Assembly (NCBI GenBank): GCA_002441245.1
Contig: DJVP01000012.1
Coordinates: 47,458 to 111,457, forward strand
DNA from: Candidatus Omnitrophica bacterium UBA6253
GTDB lineage: Bacteria > Omnitrophota > Gorgyraeia > Gygaellales > Profunditerraquicolaceae
DNA length: 64,000 nucleotides
Direction: 5' to 3'
The position numbers and the translations under genes were made by a program. Of the stretch, positions 60,266 to 64,000 are shown piece after piece. Within the stretch, counting starts at the first letter, position 1; each line of letters opens with the position of its first letter. A model generated the notes under the pieces. That model searched no databases and was not told the origin of the DNA. It saw nothing but the letters and a program-made list of their open reading frames with translations.

Positions 60266-61444
60266 TTAATTTAAGTAGCCGATTATCTGATCGGTTAAAT
60301 CATCAATTGAAAAAAATACTATTCCGTCAGGGGCCAAATCAGAGATCATCCGGTATTGATTCAAGAACAGGTCCGGGTTATTTTTCATTAAAAATAGGCC
60401 TATACCGATATACACCTTCTTTTTGCCGCGATGCCCAAAGCTGGATTTAACTATCTCTTTTGCGAATTGATTATCCTTGGTGTAAGACATCAACACAACA
60501 TAATCAACTATCCCCTCCTCGAGCCAGCCCGACCAGTCCTGGAAAGCGTTGGAATATGCGCGTTCGGTCAGCGGGATAACCGCACAGGAAACCGCCAAAT
60601 CCGCAGATTTGACCTTAACTAAGCTTGAAATTTTACGCACTAAATCCGTAACCTGCTGGCGCTTCCAGCTATCCCAGGCCAGATACTCCTCCTCATTATT
60701 CAATGTGTCCAGGGGGTTAAGCCCGGTTTTATCTTTAAAACGCTCCACATTCTTCGGCCCGTAGCCATAGGTTAAACCAAACTTATTAAATCTTGATCCC
60801 GGGATAAACGGCACCGGAGACGGATAGCGGATATAATCTAGGTGCACCCCACTAATCAAAGGATAGCGGTTAATAATTTCATTAATCACCGTCAGTATAT
60901 ATTCCTCAATCCTGGGGTCTCCTGGCTCCAGGTATATCTGATCTTCTCTTAAGTAATATTTATCCAACTCTGTCTTGGACTCAATTTTTGACGTCCTTTG
61001 GTACTGATCCAGAGTTAAAATTGATCTGCCGTATTTCTTCAGGATATCCGCTTTATTATTCTTGCCTAAACTCAAGACATTTACCCAGGCAAAAACTTTT
61101 ATATTATTCTCCTGGGCTTCTCTAAGTAATAAATCCAGGCTGTCCATTCCTGACTCCTTGACCATCTTATCATATTTAGTCCTATCGTAAATCTTGGAAT
61201 CATAATAGGCATTGCCCGACTGGAAGAATTGCAGATAGATCTCATTTATCTTTGCCTTTTTACACTGGGCAATCAGGTTATCTACTCCAGCCTTTGAATA
61301 AAGCACCTCCTTGCTTGAAAATACCGACACCCAAATACCCCGGGCCGGACCATCTTTAACAGGGGCCTCTTTATTTTGGGCAAAAACCAGGCTCAAACCA
61401 AGAAAACTGCATACCAGTAATAAAAATAATATCTTATTTTTCAT
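60266..61444 (-). CDS. secreted glycoside-hydrolase-like family 10 (GHL10/DUF4015-type) protein
   Basis: 392 aa with a signal peptide and a TIM-barrel-like sequence (GIWVSVF...EIYLQ...HLDYIRYP). Confidence 0.55.
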   Translation of the reverse strand: MKNKILFLLLVCSFLGLSLVFAQNKEAPVKDGPARGIWVSVFSSKEVLYSKAGVDNLIAQCKKAKINEIYLQFFQSGNAYYDSKIYDRTKYDKMVKESGMDSLDLLLREAQENNIKVFAWVNVLSLGKNNKADILKKYGRSILTLDQYQRTSKIESKTELDKYYLREDQIYLEPGDPRIEEYILTVINEIINRYPLISGVHLDYIRYPSPVPFIPGSRFNKFGLTYGYGPKNVERFKDKTGLNPLDTLNNEEEYLAWDSWKRQQVTDLVRKISSLVKVKSADLAVSCAVIPLTERAYSNAFQDWSGWLEEGIVDYVVLMSYTKDNQFAKEIVKSSFGHRGKKKVYIGIGLFLMKNNPDLFLNQYRMISDLAPDGIVFFSIDDLTDQIIGYLN

Positions 61445-61992
61445 TTTTTTATCTTTATGTGACGTTCGAGTTCAGAATAGCTGCACCCGCAATATTTTTG
61501 GCAATAAACCCCTTTACTTCGAGCCTCTTCATGAGCCTGCCTAAACCCAACACGAAAATCTTCGTAATAAAAATCTATCCCCGCCTCTTTAGCAACCTGG
61601 CTTCCTAATTGCTTAAGTAATTCCTGATTCTGATACGGGCTGACTAACAATGTCGAACTGAATGCATCAAAACCATTTTCTTTGGCATGAAGAGCTGTCT
61701 TTTGAAGACGTAATTTCCAACAACTTACGCAACGCCCCGGGGCATGCACATTAGTATCTATTGCCTGGGAAAATTCAGACGGCAGATAATCAGGGCACGT
61801 TACTTCAAATTGCAACCCCTTACTTAAATCTATAACTGCTACCTTGCGCCTATTATATTCATCAATAGGATAAATATTAGGATTATAATAAAATCCTTTT
61901 ACCTTAAAACCTTGATCATTTAGCCTTTTTAAAGGGTAAATCAGACATGGGCCACAACAGACATGTAATAGGATTTTCATTTCCAAAAACAA
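61441..61992 (-). CDS. queH: epoxyqueuosine reductase QueH (DUF208)
   Basis: 183 aa with LLHVCCGPC and a C-terminal CxxC...C cluster typical of QueH. Confidence 0.8.
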   Translation of the reverse strand: MFLEMKILLHVCCGPCLIYPLKRLNDQGFKVKGFYYNPNIYPIDEYNRRKVAVIDLSKGLQFEVTCPDYLPSEFSQAIDTNVHAPGRCVSCWKLRLQKTALHAKENGFDAFSSTLLVSPYQNQELLKQLGSQVAKEAGIDFYYEDFRVGFRQAHEEARSKGVYCQKYCGCSYSELERHIKIKK

Positions 61993-63045
61993 CTAAAAGA
62001 TTTCTTCCTGGCGTTCCTTATTAAACTTTAAGCCAAAATGTTCAAACGCCTTCTCTGTAGCCAGCCTCCCGCGGGATGTGCGCTTTAAATACCCTGCCTT
62101 TAAAAGATACGGCTCAACAGTATCAGCGATAGTATCCACTTCTTCATTTAAGCTGGCCGCCAGAGATTCTACTCCCACGGGCCCTCCGCCAAAGGACTCA
62201 AGAATAAGTTTTAATACTTTACGGTCCAAATCATCAAAGCCCGCATGGTCTATCCCTAACTCATCAAGAATCTTAGAGGCTGCCGCCTTATCCACCTGCT
62301 TAATCTTCAGCACCTGGGCATAATCGCGTACCCGGCGTAAAAGGCGGTTGGCAATACGCGGAGTACCTCTTGCCCGCCGGGCAATCTCCAAACAGGCATC
62401 TTCATCAACCTGGACAGCCAATAAAGCGCTTGAATTCTTTATAATCTTAGCCAATTCCTCTATCTTGTAGAAATCAAGGCTGTAAAATATGCCAAACCTC
62501 CCCCGTAAAGGGGCAGCCAAAAGCCCTGTGCGCGTAGTCGCGCCGATTAAAGTAAAAGGCTTGAGATTGAACTTGATAGTTTTAGCATATGGGCCTTTAT
62601 CAATCACAAAATCAATCTGGAAATTTTCCATTGCCGGATACAAAAATTCTTCCACCACTTTAGACATGCGGTGTATTTCATCAATAAAAAGAATATCTCC
62701 GCATTCCAGGTTGGTCAATATTCCAATCAAATCTCCGGCACGCTCGATAGCCGGCCCGCTGGTAGCAGTAATCTTGGCGCCCATTTCATGCGAAATAATA
62801 TGCGACAAAGAAGTCTTGCCTAATCCCGGGGGGCCGCTTAAAAGCACATGCTCTAACGGCTCCTCTCTTTGTTTGGCTGCCTGTATCGCTATTTTTAAGT
62901 TGTCCACTATGTCTTTGTGGCCGACGAATTCAACAAACTTCTTCGGCCTTAAGGATATATTTAAAACCACATCCTCTTCGGATTCCTTAATATCAGCAAC
63001 AACCTGATTAGCCTTAAGCAGGGTCCGTCTGGTCTCTTCGCTCAT
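61993..63045 (-). CDS. ruvB: Holliday junction branch-migration ATPase RuvB
   Basis: 350-aa AAA+ protein with Walker A GPPGLGKTS and the RuvB winged helix. Confidence 0.95.
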   Translation of the reverse strand: MSEETRRTLLKANQVVADIKESEEDVVLNISLRPKKFVEFVGHKDIVDNLKIAIQAAKQREEPLEHVLLSGPPGLGKTSLSHIISHEMGAKITATSGPAIERAGDLIGILTNLECGDILFIDEIHRMSKVVEEFLYPAMENFQIDFVIDKGPYAKTIKFNLKPFTLIGATTRTGLLAAPLRGRFGIFYSLDFYKIEELAKIIKNSSALLAVQVDEDACLEIARRARGTPRIANRLLRRVRDYAQVLKIKQVDKAAASKILDELGIDHAGFDDLDRKVLKLILESFGGGPVGVESLAASLNEEVDTIADTVEPYLLKAGYLKRTSRGRLATEKAFEHFGLKFNKERQEEIF

Positions 63046-63781
63046 AGGGTATGATATTTTCCTTATTCCTCGATATAATTATATCTTCAAACGCCGCGTC
63101 TTGCCGGGCAACGATCTCTTTCATTTTTGCCAATTCCAGGATTGCCAGGAAAATCACAATTATCTCCAGCTTATCCTTTGATTTACTAAACAGGGTTGAA
63201 AGCTTAACCTCTGTCTCAACCAATAACAAATGCAGGATATCATGCACCTTCTGCTCAACGGTAAACTGGTCTTTAATTACTTCATAAAACACCTCTTTAG
63301 GGATATCCTTTAAGGCTTGAGAAAAGGCATTGATTAAATCAAATATACTGGCCTCAAAATACACATTTTCTTCCTTGGGGTTAGCCTGGGCATCCAGTGG
63401 CGCTTCTGTTTTCTGGCGTTTAAAAACATCCTGCTGGCTGATCTCTCTTTCCCTTAAATTCTCAGCGATCTGTTTGAATTTCTCGTACTCAAGGAGCCTT
63501 TTTACCAGTTCGGCGCGCGGATCCTCCTCTTCTTCTTCCGCTGGCGTCTCGCTTGCCGGAAGAAGCATCTTTGATTTTATCTGCATAAGCGTAGCAGCCA
63601 TTACCAAGAAATCCCCCACAATATCCAAATCCAAAAGCTGCATAAAGTTAATATACTCCAGATATTGCTGGGTAACCTTGGCAATGGGGATATCGTAAAT
63701 GTTAAGATGGTCCTTTTTTACCAGATACAACAGCAGGTCTAACGGACCCTCAAACATCTCTAAATGTATTTTATAATTCAT
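63014..63781 (-). CDS. scpA: segregation and condensation protein A
   Basis: 255-aa kleisin with a typical ScpA N-terminus (FEGPLDLLLYLVKK). Confidence 0.85.
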   Translation of the reverse strand: MNYKIHLEMFEGPLDLLLYLVKKDHLNIYDIPIAKVTQQYLEYINFMQLLDLDIVGDFLVMAATLMQIKSKMLLPASETPAEEEEEDPRAELVKRLLEYEKFKQIAENLREREISQQDVFKRQKTEAPLDAQANPKEENVYFEASIFDLINAFSQALKDIPKEVFYEVIKDQFTVEQKVHDILHLLLVETEVKLSTLFSKSKDKLEIIVIFLAILELAKMKEIVARQDAAFEDIIISRNKENIIPYERRDQTDPA

Positions 63782-63782
63782 A

Positions 63783-64000
63783 TTATATTTTAAGTAAATT
63801 CCTTACTTCGGACATGGTCTTTTTAGCAAAGCTTGATGCCTTCAGGCTGCCCGCAGAAATAATCTCCTGGACATGCTTCTTGTCTTTCAGTAATGCCTGC
63901 CTTTTTTCCTGCATAGGAGCCAATAAATTAATTATCTTATCAGCTAGCTCCTTTTTACATCCGGTGCAGCCGATCGATGATTTAACGCAAGATTTTTCTA
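63783..64000 (-). CDS. trpS: tryptophan--tRNA ligase, C-terminal fragment (gene continues beyond window end)
   Basis: Hand translation of the reverse strand gives ...GCKKELADKIINLLAPMQEKRQALLKDKKHVQEIISAGSLKASSFAKKTMSEVRNLLKI*, which matches the TrpS C-terminus. Confidence 0.7.
   Translation of the reverse strand, partial: EKSCVKSSIGCTGCKKELADKIINLLAPMQEKRQALLKDKKHVQEIISAGSLKASSFAKKTMSEVRNLLKI

Noticed and set aside
62489-63007. 172-aa plus-strand ORF
   Set aside because: It is antisense to ruvB. Spurious.

Overview
This 64-kb window is a gene-dense bacterial chromosomal segment (about 70 CDS, one tRNA) with almost everything on the minus strand in tightly coupled operons. The organism looks like an uncultivated, fairly AT-rich anaerobe. 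A Wood-Ljungdahl acetyl-CoA synthase (AcsB, A-cluster cysteine spacing verified by eye) sits with metF, folD and fchA. The rest is mostly housekeeping and is listed in the features. Notable named items are a riboflavin operon (ribBA-ribH-nusB-PHP-ribD-ribE) behind an FMN riboswitch and attenuator, a trp operon with no trpE, and an FHA-kinase-TPR gene. Features the gene calls do not explain: (1) an AT-rich, single-gene DUF2971 island (58185-59009) inside the queuosine cluster, bounded on one side by a ~90-nt palindromic repeat element whose second copy lies between trpC and trpF, and on the other by a ~135-nt candidate structured RNA (9-bp and 7-bp long-range stems enclosing two hairpins); (2) an orphan acsB with no CODH or CFeSP genes nearby; (3) an FHA-kinase-TPR protein whose HRD catalytic loop reads HGN, so a predicted pseudokinase, with near-identical DNA repeats in its TPR region; (4) a PHP-family phosphoesterase embedded in the rib operon; (5) several unannotated small zinc-ribbon, membrane or basic proteins inserted in the operons. 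There is no CRISPR array, transposase or integrase.
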